NCBI GenBank assembly: GCA_964416045.1
Contig: CAYQCM010000001.1
Coordinates: forward strand, 1-43,930
Direction of reading: 5' to 3'
Source of the DNA: an uncultured Eubacteriales bacterium
GTDB lineage: Bacteria; Bacillota; Clostridia; Oscillospirales; Acutalibacteraceae
DNA length: 43,930 nt
This document shows, in pieces, positions 25,208 through 35,098 of the stretch; the first letter of the stretch is position 1; every line of letters begins with the position of its first letter. The notes under the pieces were generated by a model. It did not search any database and had not been told where the DNA came from. It worked only from the letters and a program-made list of their open reading frames with translations. The position numbers and the translations under genes were made by a program.

Positions 25208-26614
25208 ATGCGTATTAGCAGCTTAACAAAAAATACTTTTTTAAATGTAAATTATTATCATTTAGTAAATGATATTTTAAGTAGATCATTCAGGAAAACT
25301 CCTTTGGCTTTTGTAAGGACCTATGGATGTCAGCAAAACGTTTCGGACAGTGAAAAAATAAAAGGAGTTTTAAAAAATCTTGGGTATGGTTTTACTGACG
25401 ATGAAAATTTGTCTGACTTAATAGTTTTTAATACATGTGCTATACGTCAAAATGCCCAGGACAGGGTTCTAGGTAATATCGGAATACTTAAAAAAATAAA
25501 ATCTAAAAACCCTAAGGTTAAAATCATCATTTGCGGATGTATGACGGAGCAAGACTATGCTGCAAATAAAATAAAGAATAGTTATCCTTTTGTAGACGTA
25601 GTTTTAGGAACTAAATATTTAAATGTTTTACCTGAGGTAATATATAATTTATTAATTGGGAGTAAAGTTCAAGTAAATAATTTAGAAAGTTCTGATGATG
25701 ATATTTTTGAAGACGTCCCCATAGACAGAGACAGCGAGATTAAAGCATGGATCCCCATTATGTATGGGTGCGATAATTTTTGCTCATATTGTGTTGTTCC
25801 TTACGTTCGGGGACGCGAAAAAAGTAGAAAGCCCGAAGATATTGTCTCGGAAGTTAAGGGTTTGATAAAGCAGGGATACAAGGACATTACTCTTTTAGGT
25901 CAAAACGTAAATTCGTACGGTAAGCATTTAGATGAAAAAGTCGATTTTTCAGATCTTCTTGAAATGCTTGATAATTTAAATGGTGATTTTAGGCTCAGGT
26001 TTATGACGTCTCATCCTAAGGACGCTAGTAAAAGATTAATAGACGTAATTGCCAAAAGCAATCATATATGCAGCCACATTCATCTTCCTTTTCAGTCTGG
26101 AAATAACAGGGTTCTAAAACTTATGAACCGCAGGTATACGAGGGAAAGTTATTTAGAAATAGTCAATTATGCAAAACAAAAAATACCTGATTTGTGCCTT
26201 ACAAGCGATATAATCGTTGGATTCCCGGGTGAAACTTATGAAGAGTTTTTAGATACTGTTTCTTTAATAAAAGAAGTTGGATTCGCATCTTTATTTACCT
26301 TTATATATTCTAAAAGGAACGGTACACCTGCTTCCCTTTTTAAAGACCCTATAACCTATGAAGAAAAATCAAAGTGGTTTTCTTATCTTTTAAAAGAGCA
26401 AGAAAATGTTTCTCTTAAGATATATGAAGAGATGGTTGGAAAAATTTTTGAAGTATTAATTGAATCTAGAATAGATGATAATTTAGCAATTGGCAAGACA
26501 TCCGGTAATATATCTGTGGAAGTTGAAACTGTAAGGCAAGATTTGGTTGGAAAATTTATAAATGTTAAGATTACTGATTATAATAAAACGAAGTTAAAAG
26601 CTAGAATAAATTAA
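25208..26614 (+). CDS. miaB: tRNA (i6A37) methylthiotransferase MiaB
   Basis: Start at ATG 25208 (GGAGGA at 25195-25200). N-terminal UPF0004 Cys (YGCQQN, NTCAIR, CGC), radical-SAM CDNFCSYCVVP, C-terminal TRAM domain. Confidence 0.92.
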   Translation: MRISSLTKNTFLNVNYYHLVNDILSRSFRKTPLAFVRTYGCQQNVSDSEKIKGVLKNLGYGFTDDENLSDLIVFNTCAIRQNAQDRVLGNIGILKKIKSKNPKVKIIICGCMTEQDYAANKIKNSYPFVDVVLGTKYLNVLPEVIYNLLIGSKVQVNNLESSDDDIFEDVPIDRDSEIKAWIPIMYGCDNFCSYCVVPYVRGREKSRKPEDIVSEVKGLIKQGYKDITLLGQNVNSYGKHLDEKVDFSDLLEMLDNLNGDFRLRFMTSHPKDASKRLIDVIAKSNHICSHIHLPFQSGNNRVLKLMNRRYTRESYLEIVNYAKQKIPDLCLTSDIIVGFPGETYEEFLDTVSLIKEVGFASLFTFIYSKRNGTPASLFKDPITYEEKSKWFSYLLKEQENVSLKIYEEMVGKIFEVLIESRIDDNLAIGKTSGNISVEVETVRQDLVGKFINVKITDYNKTKLKARIN

Positions 26615-26626
26615 GGAGTATAAAAA

Positions 26627-27034
26627 ATGGATATAATAGAATTTACAAAACAATTAGGAAAACACCTTCAAGAAGAACAGGTTTATATAGACTTTAGAAT
26701 GGCAGAGCAAAGTCTTGAGTCTGATAAAGATCTTCAAAGTAAAATTAATGCATTTAACGATAAAAAAGTTAGACTTAATCAAGAGATGTCCAAGGAAAAT
26801 TTCGACCAAGAATTAATTAATAATTTAAATAACGATTTAAGAAATCAGTATGAAGAGCTTATGCAAGATGAAAAAATGATTAAGTTTAATGAAGCTAAGC
26901 AAAATTTCGATAGTCTGATTATTAGAATTAACACTATTATTAATAAAGCGGCGAGAGGGGAAGATCCATTTTTGGAAAATTTTGAAGAAGAAAGTGGTTG
27001 TAGCGGCAGTTGTTTTAGCTGTTCAGGATGTTAG
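26627..27034 (+). CDS. YlbF/YmcA-family protein with C-terminal Cys-rich tail
   Basis: 135 aa, helical. YIDFRMAEQSLESDKDLQSKINAF is the YlbF-like pattern. Ends in GCSGSCFSCSGC. Confidence 0.7.
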   Translation: MDIIEFTKQLGKHLQEEQVYIDFRMAEQSLESDKDLQSKINAFNDKKVRLNQEMSKENFDQELINNLNNDLRNQYEELMQDEKMIKFNEAKQNFDSLIIRINTIINKAARGEDPFLENFEEESGCSGSCFSCSGC

Positions 27035-27053
27035 ATAAAGGTGGAGGAAAGTT

Positions 27054-29657
27054 ATGGCTGAGATGTCTCCTATGATGAGGCAATATTTGAATATTAAAGA
27101 AAAGTATAAAGATAGCATCTTATTCTTTAGACTTGGTGATTTTTATGAAATGTTCTTTGATGATGCTAAATTAGTATCTGAAGAACTTGATCTGACTTTA
27201 ACAGGCAAAGATTATGGTCAAAAGGAAAGAGCACCTATGTGCGGTATTCCTTATCATAGTTGTGAGGCATATATTGCAAGACTTATCGCTAAAGGATATA
27301 AAGTAGCGATGTGCGACCAGATTGAAAATCCTGCTCAGGCTAAAGGTATTGTTAAAAGGGATGTAGTTAGAGTTATTACTCCCGGTACTATTGTTGAAGA
27401 CAGTATGCTTGAGGAAGGAAGAAATAATTTTGTATGCTGCGTATATAGTTTAGAAAAGTCGGCTGGTATATGTTTTTGCGATATATCTACAGGAGAACTT
27501 AAAACTACCAGACTTAGCGGAAATGATGTACTTATAAAATTAAAAAATGAACTTGGAAGATTTTGTCCTAGAGAAATTATTTTTGGTGGGAGCAGTTCTT
27601 ATTTAAATCCTATTAGAAAATTTTCTATGGATAGGCTTAATGTCAAACTAGAAGAATTTGATCATAAAAAATTTGATTTTGACATGTGCAAAGAATATAT
27701 TTTAAAATATTTGGATAAAGATACTATTCAGAATATTGATATTAATGAATATAGTGAAGTTGTAAGGGCTGTTGGCGCACTTATTTCTTATGTTGAGTAT
27801 ACTCAAAAGAAAGGCGTTGAAAGACTTAATAATATTGAATTTTATAATCAAAACCAATATATGGGTTTAGATCTTAATACTATAAGAAATCTTGAAGTAG
27901 TAGAAACTATGAGAAATAAAGAAAAGAGAGGCTCTCTTCTTTGGGTTCTTGATAAAACCAAAACCGCCATGGGTAAACGTTTACTTAGAGATTGGCTTGA
28001 AAGACCACTTGTCAGGCGTGAAGAAATATTAAAAAGACAAGAGGGAATAGACGAGTTTTTTTCTGATCTTATTTTTAGAGAATCTTTATTGGAATCTATG
28101 TCTAAGATCAGAGACGTTGGAAGGTTAATGACAAGAGTTATGTATGGTTCTGCTACGTGCAGGGAATTTAAGGCTCTTTCTTATACTATATCCAATATAC
28201 CTGAAATTAGAAATATTTTATCTAAAGCAAAGTCTGCTATTCTTAGAGATATTTATGAGAACATGGATGAGCTTACGGATGTGTATGAGATTATAGAAGA
28301 GTCTATTATGGAAAATCCTCCTGCTGTTTTGAAAGAAGGCGGAATTATAAAGGATGGTTACAGCGAAGAAGTTGATAGTCTTAGAAAGAATATGAACGGC
28401 GGTAAAAACGTAATTTTAGATGTTGAGGACAATGAACGTAAAAAAACGGGTATTCCAAAGCTTAAAATAGGATATAATAAAATCTTTGGATATTACATAG
28501 AGGTGACTAATTCTTATAAGCATCTTGTGCCTAAATATTACATAAGAAAGCAGACTTTGGCAAATTGTGAAAGATATGTTACCAAAGAACTTAAAGATCT
28601 TGAAATACGTATTATTGGAGCTAAAGATAAACTTAAAGAAGTGGAATTTTCTATTTTTGAACAAATAAGACTTAAAATAGCAAGTCAAATTAAGCGTATT
28701 GAAAAGACTTCTAATATGTTAGCTGTCCTTGATGTACTTTTGTCTTTAGCAACCATTGCTTTTAAAAATAATTATGTTAAACCCATTGTAAGTAATAATA
28801 AGGATATCGTTATTAAAGAAAGTAGGCATCCTGTTGTTGAAGTATTATTAAACGGTGCTCCGTTCGTACCAAATAACGTCCTTCTTGATAATAATGATCA
28901 TACGGTTGCTGTTATTACAGGGCCTAATATGGCTGGTAAGTCTACGTATATGAGGCAGATTGCTTTGATTGTACTTATGGCACAAATAGGAAGTTTTGTT
29001 CCTGCTGCGCAAGCTGAAATTGGTATAGTAGACAATATTTTTACTCGTATTGGAGCTTCCGATGATTTAACTTCCGGACAATCTACATTTATGGTAGAAA
29101 TGAATGAAGTAGCCCATATTATAAATAGCGCTACGAAAGATAGTTTACTAATTTTCGATGAAATTGGTCGCGGAACGTCTACTTTTGATGGCATGAGTAT
29201 TGCAAGAGCTGTTCTTGAATATGTGGCTGATAAAAATACTTTGGGCGCTAAAACTCTTTTTGCTACCCATTATCATGAATTGACTGCCATGAGTAAATCC
29301 TATACCAATATAAAAAATTATAATATTGCAGTTAGAAAAAATGGTGATGATATTATATTTTTAAGAAGAATTGTTCCGGGAGGAGCAGATGATAGTTATG
29401 GCATTGAAGTTGCTAAACTTTCAGGTATTCCGGAGAGAATTATTAATAGGGCTAAAGAAGTTTTAAATGATATAGAACAAAATAAAATTATTAATATGCA
29501 GCCAAATCATAGTGAAAATGTTAAGGAGGTTACTCATGATTTTAGTAATGAGATAAACTCTATTGTTGATAAACTTAAAAACTTAGATGTTAGCGTCCTT
29601 ACGCCTATTGAGTCTATGAATATACTTTTTGATTTAGTTAAATTAGTTAATAATTAA
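27054..29657 (+). CDS. mutS: DNA mismatch repair protein MutS
   Basis: 867 aa. SPMMRQYLNIKEKY, FYEMFFDDA mismatch-binding motif, Walker A TGPNMAGKST, DEIGRGTST. Confidence 0.96.
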   Translation: MAEMSPMMRQYLNIKEKYKDSILFFRLGDFYEMFFDDAKLVSEELDLTLTGKDYGQKERAPMCGIPYHSCEAYIARLIAKGYKVAMCDQIENPAQAKGIVKRDVVRVITPGTIVEDSMLEEGRNNFVCCVYSLEKSAGICFCDISTGELKTTRLSGNDVLIKLKNELGRFCPREIIFGGSSSYLNPIRKFSMDRLNVKLEEFDHKKFDFDMCKEYILKYLDKDTIQNIDINEYSEVVRAVGALISYVEYTQKKGVERLNNIEFYNQNQYMGLDLNTIRNLEVVETMRNKEKRGSLLWVLDKTKTAMGKRLLRDWLERPLVRREEILKRQEGIDEFFSDLIFRESLLESMSKIRDVGRLMTRVMYGSATCREFKALSYTISNIPEIRNILSKAKSAILRDIYENMDELTDVYEIIEESIMENPPAVLKEGGIIKDGYSEEVDSLRKNMNGGKNVILDVEDNERKKTGIPKLKIGYNKIFGYYIEVTNSYKHLVPKYYIRKQTLANCERYVTKELKDLEIRIIGAKDKLKEVEFSIFEQIRLKIASQIKRIEKTSNMLAVLDVLLSLATIAFKNNYVKPIVSNNKDIVIKESRHPVVEVLLNGAPFVPNNVLLDNNDHTVAVITGPNMAGKSTYMRQIALIVLMAQIGSFVPAAQAEIGIVDNIFTRIGASDDLTSGQSTFMVEMNEVAHIINSATKDSLLIFDEIGRGTSTFDGMSIARAVLEYVADKNTLGAKTLFATHYHELTAMSKSYTNIKNYNIAVRKNGDDIIFLRRIVPGGADDSYGIEVAKLSGIPERIINRAKEVLNDIEQNKIINMQPNHSENVKEVTHDFSNEINSIVDKLKNLDVSVLTPIESMNILFDLVKLVNN

Positions 29658-29673
29658 GTTGGTGTTTTAATTT

Positions 29674-31551
29674 ATGGATAGAATTAATGTCCTTGATAAA
29701 CATGTTTCGGAACTTATTGCCGCAGGTGAAGTTGTAGACCGTCCGGCTTCTATAGTTAAAGAGCTTCTGGAAAATTCTATAGATGCTGGTGCAAGTAAAA
29801 TATTTGTAGAAATAAAAAGAGGCGGAATTAAATATATAAAAGTATCCGATAATGGCTCTGGAATATATAGTAAAGACGTAAAAAAAGCGTTTTTAAGACA
29901 TGCAACCAGTAAGGTAAGCGGTGAGCAGGATTTAGATTCCATTAAAACTTTAGGATTTAGAGGAGAAGCTTTATCGTCTATTTGTAGCGTGTCTAAATTA
30001 GAGCTTATTACAAAATCTTTAGATGAAGATATGGGTATTAAATATGTTATTGTTGGTGGAGAAGAAGAAAAATTTGAAGAATGTGGGTGTCCACAAGGAA
30101 CTACTTTTATTATAAGAGATGTTTTTTTTAATACTCCCGCAAGAATGAAATTTTTGAAAACAGATGTATCAGAGGGTAATGCGATATGTGCTTTAATGGA
30201 TAACATAGCCGTTTCTCACCCTGAAATATCTTTTAAACTAATTAGAGACGGTAAGGAAATTTTAAATACGCCCGGTGATGGTAAAATTTCATCTAGTATA
30301 TATTCAGTATTTGGTAAAAATTTTTTTGAAGAACTAATCCCTATTGAATATAAGATGGAAAATGTACGAATTTCAGGATATATTAGTAAACCGTCTTGTT
30401 CAAGACCTAGCAGAAATATGCAGAATTTTTTTGTTAATTCCAGGTATGTTAAAACTAAAATAGCTTGTACTGCCCTTGAGGAGGCCTTCAAAGGGTATAT
30501 TACAGTTGGAAAATATCCTTCGTGTGTCATTTATATTAATGTTCCTTATAATTTTGTGGACGTTAATGTCCATCCTTCTAAAACAGAAGTTAGATTCGTA
30601 AATGAAAGACCTGTTTTTGATGCCATATATTATGGTGTAAAATCATCTATTTCCAGAAATGATCGTGAAAGTTTAAGTCTTTCTATCGATAATCAAAAGG
30701 TCGAATATAAAAAAGATACTCCAAAGGCTGAGCGCAAAAGTTTAGAAGAAAATAAAATTAAACCTAACTTTATGGAAGTTAATTTTAGTAATTTAAAACT
30801 TAATTCTCCGGAAGAAAAATTAAATTATAGTGCCGAAAAATTTAAAGATTCAGCGTCTGAAAGCTATTTATCCGCTTTTAAAAAGAATCAGGAAAATTTA
30901 AAGCCTGTTTTTAAAGAAAAAAAAGAACCTACTGCTAAAGATATTTTTGAAGGAGAACCTGCATTATTTAGTAAAGTGCCGAATTTAAAGATACTCGGTG
31001 AAATATTTAAATGTTATATCGTGGTTCAAAATAATTTCGATAATATTATATTAATTGATAAACATGCTGCCCATGAAAGAATTATATTTGAAAAATTAAA
31101 GTTTTCAGGGAATAAAAAGGTTGAATCTCAAATACTTATTAATCCTATTGTTATAACTTTAAATAAAGTAGAATATTCTTGTGTTATTGAAAATTTACAA
31201 ACTTTTAAAAGTTCAGGATATGAGCTGGAGGATTTTGGACCGGGAAATATTTTGGTAAGAAGCATACCAATGTATGTTGATATTTCAAGTACTAAAGATT
31301 TTATTATTGAAATTGCTAATTATATTTTAAAAAATAAAAAAGATTTAAGTACTTCATATTTGGACTGGCTTTATCATAATATTGCCTGTAGATCCGCGAT
31401 TAAAGGAGGAAGTATTAGCAGCAATGAAGAAATTTTAGATTTAGTAAATAAACTTATTAGTAACCCCGATATAAAATATTGCCCTCATGGCAGACCGGTA
31501 TATTTTTCCGTAAGCAAAAAAGATATAGATAAAAAGTTTAGCAGGACGTGA
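29674..31551 (+). CDS. mutL: DNA mismatch repair endonuclease MutL
   Basis: 625 aa. GHKL ATPase motifs (IAAGEVVDRPASIVKELLENSIDAG, DNGSGI, LGFRGEAL) and C-terminal DKHAAHERI endonuclease motif. Confidence 0.96.
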   Translation: MDRINVLDKHVSELIAAGEVVDRPASIVKELLENSIDAGASKIFVEIKRGGIKYIKVSDNGSGIYSKDVKKAFLRHATSKVSGEQDLDSIKTLGFRGEALSSICSVSKLELITKSLDEDMGIKYVIVGGEEEKFEECGCPQGTTFIIRDVFFNTPARMKFLKTDVSEGNAICALMDNIAVSHPEISFKLIRDGKEILNTPGDGKISSSIYSVFGKNFFEELIPIEYKMENVRISGYISKPSCSRPSRNMQNFFVNSRYVKTKIACTALEEAFKGYITVGKYPSCVIYINVPYNFVDVNVHPSKTEVRFVNERPVFDAIYYGVKSSISRNDRESLSLSIDNQKVEYKKDTPKAERKSLEENKIKPNFMEVNFSNLKLNSPEEKLNYSAEKFKDSASESYLSAFKKNQENLKPVFKEKKEPTAKDIFEGEPALFSKVPNLKILGEIFKCYIVVQNNFDNIILIDKHAAHERIIFEKLKFSGNKKVESQILINPIVITLNKVEYSCVIENLQTFKSSGYELEDFGPGNILVRSIPMYVDISSTKDFIIEIANYILKNKKDLSTSYLDWLYHNIACRSAIKGGSISSNEEILDLVNKLISNPDIKYCPHGRPVYFSVSKKDIDKKFSRT

Positions 31552-31555
31552 TATT

Positions 31556-32500
31556 TTGAAGTCAGATAAAATACCTATTATTTGTATAGTTGGACCTACT
31601 GCTTCTGGAAAGACGGATTTAGCTGTTAATATTGCAAAAAAAATAGGTTCAGAAATAATATCAGCAGATTCCATGCAAATATATAAGGAATTTAATATAT
31701 CCACAGCTAAACCTACTTTAAAGCAAATGCATGAGGTGAAACATCACTGTATTAATATTGCTTCTGTTAGTGAAAGTTTCAGTGTGGTTAAATATGTTGG
31801 TCTTGCAAAAGAAATTATAAAGGATATTTTTTCAAGGGGTAAAATTCCTATAATATGCGGTGGGACAGGTCTATATATCGATTGTCTTATAAAAAATGTA
31901 CCTTTTGAAAAGGGAGAAACCAGCAGTTGGATAAGAAATAAAATGCTTAATTATATGGATATAAATGGCACGGAGTATTTTTTTAATAAACTAAAAAAAA
32001 TTGATCCGAAAAGTGCGGAAAAAATAAATATTAACGATTGTAAAAGGATTTGCAGAGCTATAGAATTTTATTATACAAACGGTTATCCAATATATAGGCA
32101 AACTCAAAACACTTTAAAATCAGATTCATGTTATAATGTGTGCAAAATAGGGCTTAATTTTAATAACCGCAGTATGCTATACGACAGAATAAATAAAAGA
32201 GTAAATTTAATGGTTCAAAATGGGATTTTGGACGAAATTTCTTCTATTAAGAATATAGGGGATACAGCTAAATTTTCTATAGGGTATAAAGAATTTTTAC
32301 CGTTTATTAATTCTCAAAGTTCTTTGGATGACTGTATAGAAAAACTTAAAATGGAAACCAGAAGATATGCTAAACGTCAAATTACGTGGTTTAAAAGAGA
32401 TAATAGTATTAAATGGTTTAATATTGATGAATATGAAAGTACTTTAAATTTGTTTTATGATGCTGAAAAATATATTTTTGATAGTGGAATTTTAGATTAA
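31556..32500 (+). CDS. miaA: tRNA dimethylallyltransferase MiaA
   Basis: TTG start. P-loop IVGPTASGKT, DSMQIYKEFNISTAKP, RRYAKRQITWFK. Confidence 0.93.
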   Translation: MKSDKIPIICIVGPTASGKTDLAVNIAKKIGSEIISADSMQIYKEFNISTAKPTLKQMHEVKHHCINIASVSESFSVVKYVGLAKEIIKDIFSRGKIPIICGGTGLYIDCLIKNVPFEKGETSSWIRNKMLNYMDINGTEYFFNKLKKIDPKSAEKININDCKRICRAIEFYYTNGYPIYRQTQNTLKSDSCYNVCKIGLNFNNRSMLYDRINKRVNLMVQNGILDEISSIKNIGDTAKFSIGYKEFLPFINSQSSLDDCIEKLKMETRRYAKRQITWFKRDNSIKWFNIDEYESTLNLFYDAEKYIFDSGILD

Positions 32501-32512
32501 GGAATTGGTTTT

Positions 32513-33745
32513 ATGAAACGTTCTTCAATTAAGAAAACTTTTTTTGGAATAATATTTGTTTTGATTTTTTTTTATTCTTTACATATTATTTATAGAAAAA
32601 TTTATATAAACGTATCTACAGAGACAATAATGGCTGTAACGCTAGATGATGTTATTAATTGTAAGTCTATAGTTATTAGGGACGAAGATATAATTTATGG
32701 TGAGAATCAAAAGTTTTTAAAGTACTGCGTAGATAACGGTGAAAGAATATCAAAAGATGATGTTATAGCCAAATGTTTTGACAGTCAAGAAAATGCTATG
32801 TATAGCATAGAGCTTGATAATATAAAAAATGAACTTGAAAGCTTTCAGAAGATTAGTTTAGATGATAATTCTAGTAGAAATTCAAGTTTTATAAGTAAAG
32901 AAATAAATAATGAGGTTAGAAATCTTTCTTTAAAATACGAATACCTTGATATTTGTAAGAATAGAAAAAAAATAACGGCTCTCTTAAATGAAAGACAAAA
33001 TACTTTAGGAAATGGCAATATATTTTCTAAAAGGCTGGAATATTTAAAGTCAAGAAAATCGGAACTTGAAAAAACCATAAATTTTCAAGCTCAAAATATA
33101 TTTTCTCCATATGCAGGTAGTTTCGTAAGTAAAGTAGATGGGTATGAAAAGGCTTTAAATTTTGATAATATCAAAAAGTTTGAATATAATGATATGGTTT
33201 ATGAAAATATTACTAAATCTAAATCCGATGAAAGTAATACTATAGGTAAGATAATAAAATCTACTAAGTGGTATTTGTTGTGTTATGTTTCTGATGATCA
33301 AATGTACGGTATACAAGAAAATATGGAAGTTAGTACGAAATTTGCATGTGAAAGCGATTATATACCTACAAAAATTGAAAGAGTTATTAAAGGTAAAAAC
33401 GGCCAAGATAGTTTAGTTATACTTTCGTGTGAATATATGGATAATAAATTGTGTTTTATGAGGTTTGAAAATATATTTATAAAAAAATCTTCTTATTTTG
33501 GGTTTAAAATTCCTAAAGATTCTCTTAAATTGTATGAGGACAATGGAAGCTTGTATAAAGGAATATATGTAAAAAATGGAGCGAATTTAGTGTTCAAAAA
33601 GATAGATATCCTATATTCTGGAGATGATTTCGTTATAGCTGAAAGTTTTAAAGATAATTATGAAAATGATGAAAAATGCTTAGTAAATGGCGATATGGCG
33701 GTAGTTCATGGTAAAAATTTATATGATGGTAAATGTGTACTATAA
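32513..33745 (+). CDS. Membrane-anchored protein with central coiled coil (HlyD/adaptor-like), function unknown
   Basis: 410 aa. N-terminal TM (FFGIIFVLIFFYSL), coiled-coil-like middle, beta-rich C-terminus. The HlyD-like label is weak and based on architecture only. Confidence 0.4.
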   Translation: MKRSSIKKTFFGIIFVLIFFYSLHIIYRKIYINVSTETIMAVTLDDVINCKSIVIRDEDIIYGENQKFLKYCVDNGERISKDDVIAKCFDSQENAMYSIELDNIKNELESFQKISLDDNSSRNSSFISKEINNEVRNLSLKYEYLDICKNRKKITALLNERQNTLGNGNIFSKRLEYLKSRKSELEKTINFQAQNIFSPYAGSFVSKVDGYEKALNFDNIKKFEYNDMVYENITKSKSDESNTIGKIIKSTKWYLLCYVSDDQMYGIQENMEVSTKFACESDYIPTKIERVIKGKNGQDSLVILSCEYMDNKLCFMRFENIFIKKSSYFGFKIPKDSLKLYEDNGSLYKGIYVKNGANLVFKKIDILYSGDDFVIAESFKDNYENDEKCLVNGDMAVVHGKNLYDGKCVL

Positions 33746-33775
33746 TAATAAAATAATTAAAAATTAATTATTTTG

Positions 33776-33804
33776 TTGACATATTTTATAAAAAATCAGA
33801 TAAT
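33776..33804 (+). promoter_or_regulatory. Promoter upstream of sepF (TTGACA-17-GATAAT)
   Basis: TTGACA at 33776-33781, 17-nt spacer, GATAAT at 33799-33804. Confidence 0.6.
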
Positions 33805-33924
33805 AATTAAAGTAAATATTTTCATTAAGTGTATAAATTATTGAAAGTATTTGTAAATATTTTAATACATAAACTAAAAAACATGTGTAATTTAATGTTT
33901 TATTTTAATTAGGAGGAATTGTAA

Positions 33925-34377
33925 ATGCAAGGATTTGTAAAAAAATTTAAAGAAATGTGGTCTCCGGTCGAAGACTATGAAGAGGAATATGAGGAAGATT
34001 ACGAACAAGAAAATAATACAGAATCTGGCAATAATTCTGGAAGAACTAGAGAAAATTACAATTCAAATAATAGAGTCGTAAACATACATGCTACTGCTAA
34101 ACTTCAAGTAGTACTGTTTAAACCTGAAAAATTTGGCGATGAAACAAGAAATATAGCCGATGAACTCTTAAAAATGCATACTATAGTTTTAAATCTTGAA
34201 CAAACCAGTAAGGAAGCGTCTAGAAGAATAATAGACTTTTTAAGCGGTATAGCTTATGCTAATGGTGGAAAAATAAAAAAAGTTGCTACTGAAACATTCG
34301 TTATCACACCTTATAATGTTGATATTACTGGTGATGATCTTATGGATGAATTAGAAAGCAGTGGAGTTTGTTTCTAA
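33925..34377 (+). CDS. sepF: Cell division protein SepF
   Basis: 150 aa. Acidic N-terminal part, then the conserved SepF core (VVLFKPEKFGDETRNIADELLKMHTIVLNLEQ...IIDFLSGIAYANGGKIKKV...FVITP). Confidence 0.9.
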   Translation: MQGFVKKFKEMWSPVEDYEEEYEEDYEQENNTESGNNSGRTRENYNSNNRVVNIHATAKLQVVLFKPEKFGDETRNIADELLKMHTIVLNLEQTSKEASRRIIDFLSGIAYANGGKIKKVATETFVITPYNVDITGDDLMDELESSGVCF

Positions 34378-34407
34378 TATAAATTTTTTAAGTGGGGAAT
34401 GTTTATT

Positions 34408-35055
34408 ATGATTAGCATTGACGAAATTAAAAACGTCAGTTTTAGAAGGGCTAATTTTGGTGGATACAGACCTGAAGACGTTGATAAATTTATCGATGAT
34501 GTACAGTTTTCTTATAATGGTCTTTTGGATGAAAAGGTAAAGCTTTTGACCGAAATAAAAGAACTTAGAAAAAAAATAGATGATTATCGTGATGAAGAAG
34601 AAAGTATTAGAAAAGCTATAATTAGCGCTCAGCGTTTTGCTGATGATTCTATATGTAGCGCTAGTATTGAATCCAAAAAAATAGTTCAAGATGCAAATAA
34701 TGAAGCTGCTTCCATACTTTCCAAAGCTAAAGATAAGGCTCAAAAAGAACTTGAACAGGCTCAAAATTTAAGAAATCAAGTCATTAAATTTAAAAATGAT
34801 ATTATATCAGCTTACAAAGAACATTTAACTCTTATTACTAATTTACCTGAACCTGTTTTTATGAACTTAGAGGAAGATAAATCTATAGACTCTCGGGAAG
34901 ATGAAAATAATACCGTTAATGATCTGAATTTAGACTTATCAAATGAATTTGGTAATACTCAGAAAATTAGCGAGGATCTTTTTTCTAGTGAAGACCTGGA
35001 ACAAAAATACAATTCATTACAATTTGGAAAAAATTATGATGTTAATGAACAATAA
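34408..35055 (+). CDS. divIVA: DivIVA domain protein
   Basis: IDEIKNVSFRRANFGGYRPEDVDKFIDDV is the DivIVA N-terminal lipid-binding motif plus coiled coil. Start chosen at ATG 34408 for RBS spacing. Confidence 0.88.
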   Translation: MISIDEIKNVSFRRANFGGYRPEDVDKFIDDVQFSYNGLLDEKVKLLTEIKELRKKIDDYRDEEESIRKAIISAQRFADDSICSASIESKKIVQDANNEAASILSKAKDKAQKELEQAQNLRNQVIKFKNDIISAYKEHLTLITNLPEPVFMNLEEDKSIDSREDENNTVNDLNLDLSNEFGNTQKISEDLFSSEDLEQKYNSLQFGKNYDVNEQ

Positions 35056-35098
35056 TATATTAACCCTTTATTTATAGTTTAGAGGAGAACAGAAGTTA

